DNA of 64,000 nucleotides from assembly GCA_964270895.1 (NCBI GenBank), contig OZ185437.1. One strand, 5' to 3'. A program made the position numbers and the translations under genes. This stretch comes from Podarcis filfolensis. Taxonomy: Eukaryota. This document shows positions 12,341 to 23,958 of this stretch, piece by piece. Numbering within the stretch: position 1 is the stretch's first letter; each line of letters begins with the position of its first letter. Under the pieces are notes generated by a model that saw only the letters and a list, made by a program, of their open reading frames with translations, was not told where the DNA came from and did not search any database.

Positions 12341-12437
12341 ATCAGAAAATGCTATTTTCTACTGCAGAAAAATTGCTTTTTTCCCTCCACTGCTGATCTC
12401 TCCATATTTGAATTCTAGGGAAAAATCACACCTAGTA

Positions 12438-12663
12438 CAGTGGTACCTCTGGTTATGAACTTAATTCGTTCCAGAGATCCGTTCTTAACCTGAAACCGTT
12501 CTTAACCTGAGGTACCACTTTAGCTAATGGGGCTTCCGCCGCCACGCGATTTCTGTTCTCATCCTGAGGTAAAGTTCTCAACCCGAGGTACTACTTGCGG
12601 GTTAGCGGAGTCTGTAACCCGAAGTGTTTGTAACCCAAGGTGTTTGTAACCCGAGGTACACTG
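12438..12663. mobile_element. Tc1/mariner-type MITE, copy 2 (MDN1 intron 16)
   Basis: TA|CAGTGGTACCTC ... GAGGTAC(-)ACTG|TA; TA duplication; carries an extra subterminal TGTAACCC unit. Confidence 0.85.
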
Positions 12664-12807
12664 TATCTCCCTTGCCAAATGCATACTGAAGCACAGTCCA
12701 CCCAACTTTAAGAATGCAAGTTCCGCTTAAATCTCTCGTTTTATTTATTTGATTTCTACCCTGCCCATCCTCAAACAGAAACCCATTTTAAGAACTTGGA
12801 AGTTTAC

Positions 12808-13013
12808 CATTTTCTTTAGCTTCCTTATTAATGGCAGATTTGTGTACATGCTGCATCAGCTTGAGAAGATCATGCCAGCGCTTCTGTCTGTAACATGTCT
12901 GGATGTGCCCCAAGAAAGTCTGGTTTTGTTTCCTGGAAAACGTCTGTGCAAAAAGCTCCTCAAAAGACTCTCGCAAGGGCAACCAAATCAGTTTGTTATC
13001 CACCGGCTTATAG
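12808..13013 (-). CDS. MDN1: Midasin coding exon 16
   Basis: ttacag|C TAT AAG...AAT G|gtaaac; YKPVDNKLIWLPLRESFEELFAQTFSRKQNQTFLGHIQTCYRQKRWHDLL; 206 nt. Confidence 0.95.
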
Positions 13014-13563
13014 CTGTAAATTGGGCAAACAGTAATGTGTTAACTGAAAACTCCGGCAGCGACATGTGGCAAGACCAGGCTCAGTACGATCGGACAAGGT
13101 GAAAATCAAACCAGCCTCAGCGGATCTGATAACAGATAAAAGGTGAATCTGGTGGCCCCTGCACACCATTACTAAACAGATGACTTGAACATGTTGAAAA
13201 TTAGAGACCGGCTGAAACATATAAGAGAACTTACCCTTTTTTTTTCAGGTACACAAAATGACAAAAATTTCATCCCACAGCTACATGGCACCGCTCATTC
13301 CAACATCTCTCCCTGCCCCAAGACTGAACATTCCCTTGTCCTTGTACTTGTCATTACCACATCCATGGAATCCCACACCCCATTTCATGTTGCTCTATGT
13401 ACTTTTCTTTTTGCCATATGGTTCTCTATTTTTGAACGCAGTAACTCTTATGAATGGGGTCCATGCACACTTCTACTAAATACAAGATCTGAAGTCACGA
13501 GTGAAAAAAATGATTTGTTGATGCAGTTGCCAACAGCAATTTGCAGAATTATTAGACACTCAC

Positions 13564-13624
13564 CCCCCTAGGAGATCTGCAGTATCACTCTGCTGATTCA
13601 TGTTGATAACCCTCAAACGGTGCC
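13564..13624 (-). CDS. MDN1: Midasin coding exon 15
   Basis: ttcaag|GG CAC...GGG GG|gtgagt; HRLRVINMNQQSDTADLLG; 61 nt. Confidence 0.95.
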
Positions 13625-13717
13625 CTTGAAGAAATAAAACACAGAAAAGACACTGAAGCACTTCTCAAACCTTTTCTAGAATCCTGGTCAAAGTCCCCGC
13701 ATTATACTACATTTTAC

Positions 13718-13866
13718 CTGTAATGTGGGCCAGGTATTGAACAGTAGATGTTTTGCCTGTCCCTGTTTCACCCACCAACAACACAGGCTCTCCTTTGTCG
13801 ACACACACAGCCAGCTGCTCAATTAATACGGATGATGGACGTGTGGGAGCAAAGGTCTGCTTTTTT
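13718..13866 (-). CDS. MDN1: Midasin coding exon 14 (AAA2 Walker A, GETGTGKT)
   Basis: tggcag|A AAA AAG...ACA G|gtaaaa; KKQTFAPTRPSSVLIEQLAVCVDKGEPVLLVGETGTGKTSTVQYLAHIT; 149 nt. Confidence 0.95.
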
Positions 13867-14163
13867 CTGCCAATACATGAAAGGGTAAAATCTTCTGTTA
13901 GCAATACTCTAATGCTATGTGCTAAGCATCTCCAAGTGCATTTGATTCACTAATTCTACAAATATAATCTCTCTCTATTACCAGGTTTCCAAAAAAAACA
14001 CCTCAATGAGACATTAAAAATGCTGGCACGGAATTTTAAAGTTACAAGCACATTTAAAAAGTGCACTATTGTACATCAACCTGTAAGCCATCTGGTTGAA
14101 GGGTGGCTTAGTAATTTTAAAATATATACAAACAAACAAACAAACAAACAAACGCATCAATAC

Positions 14164-14276
14164 CTTTGCACAAGAAGCGCATGAATTTGCTTCCGTAAGA
14201 GCTGGACTCTTCCCACAGAGACCTCTTGCTCCCTTATTGCAATTTCTGGTTTGTAAAGTTGACAGTAGTATTCAGT
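14164..14276 (-). CDS. MDN1: Midasin coding exon 13
   Basis: ctctag|ACT GAA...CAA AG|gtattg; TEYYCQLYKPEIAIREQEVSVGRVQLLRKQ; 113 nt. Confidence 0.94.
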
Positions 14277-14365
14277 CTAGAGTAAATAAAGAGCATACAT
14301 ACTGAACTCAGCTTACTAAAAAGAAAGACATGATGTAGTCCTTTGCCATATGCAGTTGTGCAGTA

Positions 14366-14594
14366 CAGTGGTACCTTGGGTTAAGTACTTAATTCGTTCC
14401 GGAGGTCTGTTCTTAACCTGAAACTGTTCTTATCCTGAAGCACCACTTTAGCTAATGGGGCCTCCTGCTGTCGCTCCACCGCCGCCCGAGTACGATTTCT
14501 GTTCTCATCCTGAAGCAAAGTTCTTAACCCGAGGTACTATTTCTGGGTTAGCGGAGTCTGTAACCTGAAGTGTATGTAACCCGAGGTACCACTG
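14366..14594. mobile_element. Tc1/mariner-type MITE, copy 3 (MDN1 intron 12)
   Basis: TA|CAGTGGTACCTTGGGTTA ... TAACCCGAGGTACCACTG|TA; 229 bp, TA target duplication. Confidence 0.88.
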
Positions 14595-15383
14595 TACAAT
14601 TGAAAGTTAAGACACAAGTCCAGTTTGCACATCACAGTAAGGCATAGTAAATATTTATTGTGAATGTGCCTTTCTGGGTTGTATGTCCCCCCCCCACCTC
14701 ATGATAGCAGGGAGCAGACAGACCACAGTCCCTGCTTAGCATTATGTCCAAACCAGAGGCCATGATTTGCTTTGCTTCAAACCATGATCAGCAAATCAAG
14801 AACAACCTTAGCTACAGTAATTTGCCGGGAACAAAACAAACTATGATCCCTCATTTGAATGTAACACTTGCTTTCTCCAAGTGTGAGTGGACAGAATTCA
14901 AATGACCAAGATCACCATGGTTACAGTGAACTATTAACTATGGTGATGTGAGAACAAGGCCTTTGGGCTGTATTCAGTTGTTACATGAACAGAAGTCAGC
15001 TCATGCAACCAAACTTTCTCTTTCACTCCTCCTCCTCCTCCTGCTGCTGCTGCTCCCCCCTGCAGCCACTTTTCCCCTCCAAAGGGTTGGGTGCCTCCTA
15101 GTGAAGCCTATGGCTGCAGCAGGAGGGAAGCTGCTGCCTCAAATCAGGCAATGGAATCTTGCACCAGTGGCGATGTGCATGTGCATGATCCCTACACCCA
15201 ATTTCAGCCATGTTACATGTGGCTCTCTTCTTTCAGAAGAAAAGCAAGAGTGGACACTATCCAGTTAGATCATTTAATTATTTCTTGGCAGTGAAGGAGA
15301 CATGAAACTATTTTTTTCCTTCTTGACAAAAGGGGTATTTATTACACAATGCAGTATGTGTGCGAACTCTTCCTTATGTCTAC

Positions 15384-15479
15384 CTTATGCTTGGAAATGT
15401 TCAGTTGGCTTCCAATGATTTCTGCCATCTTCAGTCTACTTCCTTGCTTGGACAGCATAGCTGTGAAACAATCCAACGC
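15384..15479 (-). CDS. MDN1: Midasin coding exon 12
   Basis: tgacag|GCG TTG...CAT AAG|gtagac; ALDCFTAMLSKQGSRLKMAEIIGSQLNISKHK; 96 nt. Confidence 0.95.
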
Positions 15480-15504
15480 CTGTCAAAGCAGAGTGGCAGG
15501 AGGG

Positions 15505-15546
15505 AGAGACAGACAGACAGACAGACAGAGAGAGAGAGAGAGAGAG
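15505..15546. repeat. Compound (GACA)n(GA)n microsatellite
   Basis: Read directly; on the minus strand it is pyrimidine-rich and lies just upstream of the MDN1 exon 12 acceptor. Confidence 0.9.
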
Positions 15547-15962
15547 AATTCAAGCTAATTTAATATTTAATCAGAGGTTCTACTTTTCTTCCATACTTGA
15601 GTTCACTGTAGTCAAAATATACAACTGAGCTTCATGCAATGTATCGCTAGTATGTCTCCACGAGGAAAACAAGAGGACGAGCCAATTCAGACATTTCAGC
15701 TCTCTTCATAATGGAATTCCTGGTGTAACAGCTGTGGGACCTGGCATGTCCCCAATGACAGCTGCCTCTTCCTGTGTGATTTATGCAACCATTCCTGTGA
15801 ATCCCCCATTGTGAAGCAGCAGGTCTAGTTAGATCGACCCTCAAGGAAAATTTCCAACACCAGAACCAGCCCCCTGTTCATATTCCAAATGCAACCTGGT
15901 TTTTACATTTTAAGGAATAGGTCAACATCACTCTAAAAAACAGGGAACAGTTTGACACGTAC

Positions 15963-16044
15963 CTCATGAAAAATATTCAGTGCAGTAGAGGAAGAAGAAC
16001 TATCAAAGTTGTAAGCGATCCTGTTGCACCAATTCAGCAAGTCC
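15963..16044 (-). CDS. MDN1: Midasin coding exon 11
   Basis: tgttag|G GAC TTG...CAT GAG|gtacgt; DLLNWCNRIAYNFDSSSSTALNIFHE; 82 nt. Confidence 0.95.
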
Positions 16045-16327
16045 CTAACACAAGAAAAGAAGTGATGTGAAGCAGCTCAACAGTAGTCCTTCATTTAACT
16101 TTCCTCAGCTGCACACTGCTAAAAGCGCTAGTCTCGCTTCATTAATTGCATGGCTATTTTTTTTAAGTGCCAACTCACCACATTTTCATTCAATTAATGC
16201 CTTCTCACTAGGAATTTCAATTAAGAACAGAGCAAATGGCCTCCAACACACTAGAGAGCAGTAGTCCAAAGATAATTTGCCTCCCCCAAACTCAAATATC
16301 CATCAGCTTAATTGCGTATTAAAATAC

Positions 16328-16518
16328 CTCAGAGATAACTCTCTGCCTTCTAAGCTCAGGCTTTTTTTGTTTTCGGTTAAGTGTGATGCGTCTTCCATTA
16401 TGTTCTCATCGTCTGCGATATGGCTTTGCAATAGATGTTTATCACCAGTAAGCTCAACATAAATCTCTAACAAGCGATCAATTACTACAGCAAGTTTAGG
16501 ATACCTCCTCTGAAGAAT
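16328..16518 (-). CDS. MDN1: Midasin coding exon 10
   Basis: tttcag|ATT CTT...CTG AG|gtattt; ILQRRYPKLAVVIDRLLEIYVELTGDKH...SLEGRELSL; 191 nt. Confidence 0.93.
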
Positions 16519-17340
16519 CTGAAAAACAAAATAACATTAGCTAAAGTAAATATTTTACAGTGTTCCAAGGATTATATAACTCATTGAGTTTTGTCTATGC
16601 AGACAATGGTCTTAAAATCCAGAGATTTGCTACATTTACAGTCTGCACAATTGCCTGGACTGGTCCCATGGGGTAGTGCCTACCATCAAATTTTACTTTG
16701 AAATTCTCTTAAAGGAAAATTTCTTCGCATGACAATTACACTGTAAAATACAGTAATGCTCTTAAATTTATCTTAGGCTTCATTTGCTAGACAGAAATGT
16801 CAGTCAGTAAGATGAACCTGGTGGATTGGGCAAATGGACCATCTAATCCAGGTTTTTTGTTCTCACAATGGTCAACAAGATGCATATGGGAAACCTGCAG
16901 GCTATACTATGCTGAGGAAATGGCAATAACAATTTAAGATGATTTCATATGAAGTCATAGCTGGACAGTCGGGTTAAGTCAATCCAGCAACATCCATCTG
17001 TTTCTCTTGCAGAAGCACAAAGCAGCAAGCATTCCATTATGGAATGGATACAAACTTCTTTCATGTCAAGGATTGTGTTTGGACATAATGCTAAACTATG
17101 TTTTGGTGAGATGTAAATGAGCCTAATTTCCTCCCAGTTTTTTGGCTCGGACAACACAAGAAACCATGGTTAACCAAACAACACAGATGCTTCTAAACTT
17201 CTCACAGCCATGTGGGGAAAAGGGAACGGACACAGTTTCAACCTCTTCTACAAAAATTAGGACTACTTTCATTTGTTTCTAAATGAAAACACTTTGACAT
17301 CAGTTTACAAAGTAAGAGTTCTTTTTCTGATACCATTTAC

Positions 17341-17455
17341 CTCTCTGAGTTCAACTTTAGGCATATTATTCAGCTTAATTTTTGTCCAGTATTTATCTAG
17401 AAGAGCAGCATGGCTGTTTTGCTGTTTGTACCAACCACCACCATAACTGAAGAGT
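17341..17455 (-). CDS. MDN1: Midasin coding exon 9
   Basis: atctag|A CTC TTC...AGA GAG|gtaaat; LFSYGGGWYKQQNSHAALLDKYWTKIKLNNMPKVELRE; 115 nt. Confidence 0.94.
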
Positions 17456-18168
17456 CTAGATTAAAAATCAAAGAACAAGTTAATTGAAGCATTAGAAGTA
17501 TTATAGTGCAGAACAGAGTAAGTTCAAGGGTTCTGTAAGGCTCCTTCACTGCAGATCTACAACCAGATAAGGGAGTCAAAGTCCCAACATCATCAATACA
17601 AGAAACATGAATTCACCATCTACAATTGTCCAATTGTCATTCTTCCACTTTACAGTCTTTAAATAATGAAATGCTAAGTAATTGCTTATAGGGCAGCTGT
17701 ATCCCGCAGGCTAAGCAAAACGACAACAAGCACGTTCTACGTGCAAAGCACTTCATACATGTATAATGTCAATAAGCGTAAAGACAGGACAATATTATCT
17801 GCATATTAAGATTAAGGCCAAGTGATGATGGCTTCCCTATGGCTGCTTGGTAATTCCTCTTATCAAGCTTAGTTTTCACTTATATTCCAGGGGAAAGAGT
17901 TGTATTATGTTTCAAAATAATCCCACACTCCTAGCTATCATTTTCCAGGAGATAAGTTTCTATTTCTTAGTATGGAAAATTGCAAAAGAAATAGCAAAGG
18001 AGTCCCCACATACTTATAATTCAAAAATCATGTCACCTTTATATATGCACACAATTTAAAAACTGGATTCCCCCCCCCATTCCTATATATATGACTATTG
18101 TCTAGTCACTGCCAAAAGGATTCATGTGCTAAGAGTTTTCCTTGTGTTAACAAAGCTACACAGTCTAC

Positions 18169-18272
18169 CTTCTCGTTGCAAAAAGATGGAACCCAGGAGC
18201 TACTTTTATACAGTCACTTCGCCCAGGAATCAACAGTTCTCCGTTTTCCAGAAGAGGAATCAATACAGAAAT
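18169..18272 (-). CDS. MDN1: Midasin coding exon 8
   Basis: ccttag|ATT TCT...AGA AG|gtagac; ISVLIPLLENGELLIPGRSDCIKVAPGFHLFATR; 104 nt. Confidence 0.95.
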
Positions 18273-18945
18273 CTAAGGAATAGAAAAAAACCACAGAATA
18301 CAATTTCAATGACCAGGATGTAGAGCACCACAAGAAGAATCCCACTCATAGAACAGGACTTTCTCACCTTAACTCATTGAAGCCTTCCCAAAATTGCTTT
18401 GGGGCAGGGCATACATAGAATGTGGTGCTATAGCAGTAGAAAAAAATAAAAAATCTAAGGAAGCTTCATTGTAATGCCATGTTCTCATGCATGAGGCTAT
18501 CTTGATGCCCCACCTTATATCAATGACAACAACCAAAAAGACTTAACAGCAGACAGTGCATGAAACAATGTGTTTCACCTCTGCTGGTGACCAAATATGT
18601 TACAAGAAATTTTAGAAATCTCATTCCCAATAAGCAGCCTTTTACATATACATTCCAGTTCTAGATTGTGAGAGGTGGGTGTATAAGAGAACCAGTGACT
18701 AGCAGATACAGACAGGGTCCATTCAGTAGTTTGTAACAAGTGTCCCCAAAATCACTGCCCACGAAGAAGAAAATATACTGGGAATTGAGAACCATGCTAA
18801 CTTTTTGGGGAGAACTTTTGCTTTCTTTTATCCAGTGCCCTTAAGTTTCCTTTGCTTTGGTTACAAAATACATGACTTCCAAAAAAGATACCTGTGCCTC
18901 ACCCAAGGTATTTATGGACTACCTCTAGAAAGCACAGCTACATAC

Positions 18946-19077
18946 CACATCCAGAGGAGCATAATCAATATCCTCCAAGAGTATCCAGTGCCCTTTGCTG
19001 ACTGCTTGGGTCAGGGTCCCAGGTTGCCACACAAACTCCCCTGGTACATCTGTACAACGATACATGCCCAGTAAGGT
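18946..19077 (-). CDS. MDN1: Midasin coding exon 7 (AAA1 Walker B, ILLED)
   Basis: ttgtag|ACC TTA...GAT GTG|gtatgt; TLLGMYRCTDVPGEFVWQPGTLTQAVSKGHWILLEDIDYAPLDV; 132 nt. Confidence 0.95.
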
Positions 19078-19626
19078 CTACAAAGAAGAAAAAGCAAGGA
19101 AGATTTTTAAATAATATTCATATAACTTTACAAAGTGTCTTCAAATATTTACCGAACAATAAGGTTTCTGAGGTTTGTATCTATTTCTATTTGCTTTCTT
19201 CCATACTAGGTATGCTACCAAATATAAATATTGCCAGATATAGCTTCAGCAGCTACGATAAGCTCAGTGGGAACAAGCACTGCCAAATCATTCTTGCTGT
19301 GCCCTCTCACAGTATGAGCAGGAGCAAAAATCATGAGTTTGGATTACTGTGGTGTTCGAGCCACTGAGATATCCCTCACCAAACAACCCATGACCTAAAG
19401 CAAAGCCCCAATAGTGGCTGCTTTAGGCATCCCAGTAATCTATAGTCTTGCTCATGTTTTACTAGGGGAGGAATGCAGCAGGAGGGATTTCTGTGTGCAC
19501 ACTGCTAATTCCATAGTTAGACATGGTTTTCGGCTTATTGTTACATCTGAACGCAGCCAGTTTCTGCAAGGCAATTAACTTTGTAATAACAACTGCAAGT
19601 GAAAACTAAAATGCATTTTCCATTAC

Positions 19627-19842
19627 CTTACTATCAGTCTGATCTCCTAGCTGGACTTTCAGAATGTGAGGTGGCTTTATCCTTCCCGTAACGGCTGCCA
19701 AGTATTCAACAAGATACGTTTTGCCACAACCTACTGGTCCTTCAAGTAACACTGCATTTTGTGAAGCTACAGCCATAGCAAGATTTTGAAGATTTGTGCA
19801 GGAAGATTTCACCAACACAAATTGGTTCAGGATGGTCTCCTG
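19627..19842 (-). CDS. MDN1: Midasin coding exon 6 (AAA1 Walker A, GPVGCGKT); acceptor position uncertain
   Basis: Donor AGT AAG|gtaatg is clear. Best acceptor follows a polypyrimidine tract, tcttctcttgtctcag|CAG GAG ACC; in-frame alternatives give exon starts at 19839 and 19863. Confidence 0.85.
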
Positions 19843-21229
19843 CTGAGACAAGAGAAGACAATGCTTTCAACTGATAATATTGGGTGCAAGTATTATGGAG
19901 AAACATGAAATACAAGTTACAAATTTGCTAAGCTACCATTTTTACGCATCCCAGAGCCACACACATCCATGTCCCCATTCCACACCCATTTTTTAAAGGG
20001 GGATTTAAACCCTTGCACTTTCTTCCTCCCACCAAACTCAAGTGTTCCACTTACCCTGCTCCAAGGTGCCATTTACTGCAATAGTACCTTCAGGAACAAA
20101 TAGCAGCTTCAGGGGGATGAGATAAATACCGACCAATGACCCCTCTGAAGCTGCTGTTTTAACCAGAAGAGGGACAATGACCATGTTTAATGACTAGTCA
20201 ATTCTTTTTATTATTGTTATTTCAAAGATTCAGCTTACTTTAGCATATGCTCAAAATTCTGATTCATCTCAAATACATATACAATATGTGTGGTGCAATT
20301 GCCTGGCCCAATCCAGGCAATTGCACTACACACACTAAGGAATCTTCAGTAAACAAGCTATTTTGTGAAACTCATAGTTGGTCATTTTTCCTATAGTATT
20401 ATTAAGACTAATAGCGACACTTTTTAATCTTTCTACTTTGTAGAGAACCAATCTTGTATGACTTTAGCTGTTCCTATTAAGTCTCTAGAGCATAATTTTA
20501 TTCAACTTATGTTCAGAATTTCACTTATGTTTGAAGTTGTGTTCTTCATATGTTTCTATGTATGAAATTGCCCTATGTTAAATCATCAGAATACATGGAG
20601 TGCCAGCTGCATACCTGGAGTGACAGAAAGTAAGGTATTTTGCTCCAAGTATTAAACACTATTGTCAGATCACAGTGATATCTCTGCCTAAGGATCTAGC
20701 AGAGATTCTCACCGGTCAGAAAGGTACAAGGTGATTTTACCAACACTCAGAATCCTTCTGAAGCAGACTGTTTGGTAACAAAGAGAGCTGTATAGAAAAA
20801 ACTGTCTTATCCCCTTCCCCTGGCATACTTCATACAGATAAATGAGGCCATGATTTCTATGTTACTTAAAATCCAAGCCTGTGGATATCAAAAACGGAGA
20901 GAAAAACACACACACAGTGGCATGGATCAGGAATGGGACTGGAGATTTCAAAGGCGCTTGCTCTTAAAGTGTATTCCATCTATAAAGGGAAGGATACTAT
21001 TTTGCAGAAACTTTTACACAAAACATGTTTGTTTTTGCCTTAAAACCGAAGGACAGGGTTTTAATCAATGCTTAAATGCATCAAAGTAGCACTACGAAGA
21101 AATTTTGAGGGAAACAAAGGCCCAGGATTCCTCTCTTTTCAGAGGGAAATCTCCTAGAGCTGGGGTAGGCAAAAGGTAGATCAGGATCAGCGCCAAAGAA
21201 TTTAACTTACGTATCAGTCCTTTACTTAC

Positions 21230-21422
21230 ATTTTCTCCTGGTCCAAACTGTTGTCTAGGGAGCAGAACACCACATACTGCTACAACCTTTGCAGAGAGGT
21301 CAGCAGATACAAGTTCTCCCTGAGTGTACCGCAACTCCTCTTCTTTGTTCCAAAAGGTTGCGTCTGGATTGGCCAGGACAAGGGCACACTCAACATTCTG
21401 CATCCGTGATTCCTCCAGTAGC
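21230..21422 (-). CDS. MDN1: Midasin coding exon 5
   Basis: tgatag|G CTA CTG...GAA AAT|gtaagt; LLEESRMQNVECALVLANPD...VVAVCGVLLPRQQFGPGEN; 193 nt. Confidence 0.94.
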
Positions 21423-21535
21423 CTATCAGTCAAAAATGTGCATCTTTCAATGTTTTGAACAAATGGGAGACAAATCTACCATGTAAAATATTAACTGAAA
21501 ACACACACACAAAGACATCTTGGGGGGAAACTTAC

Positions 21536-21643
21536 TTAAGTCTGAAATGTATTAACTCTTCTGGATTAAATATCTTCTTCAGGAAGGATAACCGATGCTC
21601 ATCATTCATGCACGTAACCAGTGCGAGACAACTGGCAGTATAC
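21536..21643 (-). CDS. MDN1: Midasin coding exon 4
   Basis: tcttag|G TAT ACT...CTT AA|gtaagt; YTASCLALVTCMNDEHRLSFLKKIFNPEELIHFRL; 108 nt. Confidence 0.95.
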
Positions 21644-22276
21644 CTAAGAAGCAAAGGTAGTTCAAGTACTGTTACATCTTAAGTCTATAGAACTAGGTTC
21701 CTTTCAGAGAAAAACAACAAAAGGCTATCCTGTCCCTTCAAATGGTCTCTGTTTGATCAATGGTCTTCAATAAATGATTTGGCCACTGATGCACAGGTCT
21801 ATGTGCCAACTTAAAGTGGGCCACACCAATGGCACTACCACCATTTTCATTCTGCCTTATGGTTATTGCATTTGTAAGAGAAGAGTGATGGAACAGGACA
21901 AAAAACAAAGAACTTGGATGTAGGTCTCACAATTTAGTGTGGGGTTAATGTCAGCCCCTGGGCCTGAAAATTAAGGAGTAGTAGTAGGTTCTAAGAAAAT
22001 ACACCCAATATGACCAAATCAATCTTTCTTCATATTTGACTCCGGCAATTTTAGCCTCAACCTCTTACCAGAAACTGCTCTTCTTGTCAATAAGAGGTCT
22101 AATGTAGTCCAGTAACCATACTGTAGGTTTCAAATCCAACTCAAATGTGGCCAAGTCATTCTCTGCCCTTATTGCTGTACCTTACTTTCCCCATGAAGTA
22201 TTAGTAAGACAGAAATAAAATAGTCCCCACTACACACTGAAAGTGACATATAAAATTAAACGAAAATTAAACTTAC

Positions 22277-22501
22277 CATCGAACTAAAGTATCATGACTC
22301 CTCAGTAAAGGGACACACACACTCCAGTCCCATAACTCTCTGAATACAGCCTGCTCTTTTTGGAGGAATTTGTAGGCTGCCTCCATGAGATCCCTTAACT
22401 TCATTCGTCGTCGCCCATATCGAACCATATTTGTATCTGAGCTCTCCAGAAACAGTCTTTGGAACACTGGTGAAGTATCCTTAAAGTATCTCAAAGCAAA
22501 T
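22277..22501 (-). CDS. MDN1: Midasin coding exon 3
   Basis: atgtag|A TTT GCT...CGA TG|gtaagt; FALRYFKDTSPVFQRLFLESSDTNMVRYGRRRMKLRDLMEAA; 225 nt. Confidence 0.96.
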
Positions 22502-23503
22502 CTACATGAAATGAAGATATTGAAAGCAAATGTAAATGTAGCTAGAACAGCGAGGTTTCAGCTCATCTGATGAAGCAGATGCTTACCTATTAAAGTCCTG
22601 ACACAAATAAGACTGCTATGCTTTTCTGAACTTGGAAAGAAATTGCCCCCCCCCCAAAAAAAAAGTCCTAAGAAAAGTTATGGTCTTCTTTTCAGCAAAT
22701 TGTGTTTTAATAAAAATAAAAATAATGGGGAAATTGAAATTCATCACCACTTTTTTCACTTCCTTAGTTTATCAGAGATTAAGGTCAGCCTGCCAGCTCT
22801 GTGAGTGGTGGGGTAGGGACAGCTGGCTGGAAGTAGTATTCTGGACTTGACACTCAAACAATAGCCCGAAGACACTTGATGTAGACCCAGCTCTGATCTC
22901 ACTAGTAGCAAGATAGGAACAGTATGCATGTTACTCAAAACTCCTTGGATAAAAGTTTTACTTCTAGTCTAATATGGGCATCTGTCAAGAGCAACTTTCA
23001 CTTAAAACTCTCTCACTGAACCAAATACACACACACACACACCCCTTTATGTTAAAGAAGATGCAGGTCTAACTGCCATTCAATCTTTGTTTTCCTAAAC
23101 TGAAGCTTGGGTTTCATCACCCTTATTGTCCAATCCTATGCATTTTTAGTCAAAAGTATGGCTCGCTTCCAAGTAAATGTGCACCTAACAGCAGCTTTAG
23201 TTGCAATTCAGTAATTGCTGAATTGAGCATGTAATAGAATACAAGGCCTTGGTTTAAAACAATTAGCCAAGCAGATACCCTTGACATGTGATACAAAAGG
23301 TATGCACAATTGCAAATTCCTGCAGCACACCTCAAAAAGGGATATGGATCGTGGAAATTGGGCTCACTACTCATGACTGTATGAATGTAAATCCAACCTG
23401 AACTGGCTACCATGCTTGGCTACCATGTGCACCAACCCTCAGCTTGTCCACCAATCAATTTCCCATGAAAGCAAAACTTAATCCCAGACATCTACTGACT
23501 TAC

Positions 23504-23730
23504 GGCATCACATCTGGATGATCACCAATAAGTTTGCTCATTGCCACACAGAGTCTCTCATGAAGATCATGGTTGATCTGGCCACTGGATTTAATTATTT
23601 CTGCATTTCTTTCCATCAAATCGAGCAAGATTGGACGAAACTGACGGCCAATGAGGAGTGTGCATTCTTTATCCAACAGTAACTGTGCTAAGGCACTGAG
23701 GATGCACTGACGGTCCTGCTGACTCCAGAT
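23504..23730 (-). CDS. MDN1: Midasin coding exon 2
   Basis: tttcag|ATC TGG...ATG CC|gtaagt; IWSQQDRQCILSALAQLLLDKECTLLIGRQFRPILLDLMERNAE...HERLCVAMSKLIGDHPDVM; 227 nt. Confidence 0.96.
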
Positions 23731-23822
23731 CTGAAAACAAAGAGATGCTCAGTAAAGAGTGATCCCCGCCCCCGTATTCTACTGCAGTACAAGTCAAGTT
23801 GTGTATAGAAGAGACTTTAGAG

Positions 23823-23958
23823 CAACATTCTTCAACCTTGGATTCCCAGATATTGTTGGACTACAACTCCCATCATTCCTGATTATTGCCTAAGCTGGCT
23901 GTGGATGATGGGTGTTGAAGTCCAACAGTATCTGGGAATCCAAGGTTGAAGAAAACTG
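23823..23958. mobile_element. hAT-type palindromic MITE
   Basis: Long inverted arms ttcttcaaccttggattcccagat / atctgggaatccaaggttgaagaa; core GGACTACAACTCCCATC; degenerate 8-bp TSD ctttagag / ccttagaa. Confidence 0.75.

Noticed and set aside
13030-13220. Possible intronic snoRNA in MDN1 intron 15
   Set aside because: An ACA triplet is present but I found no properly placed H box or C/D boxes with a terminal stem; kept only as a low-interest block
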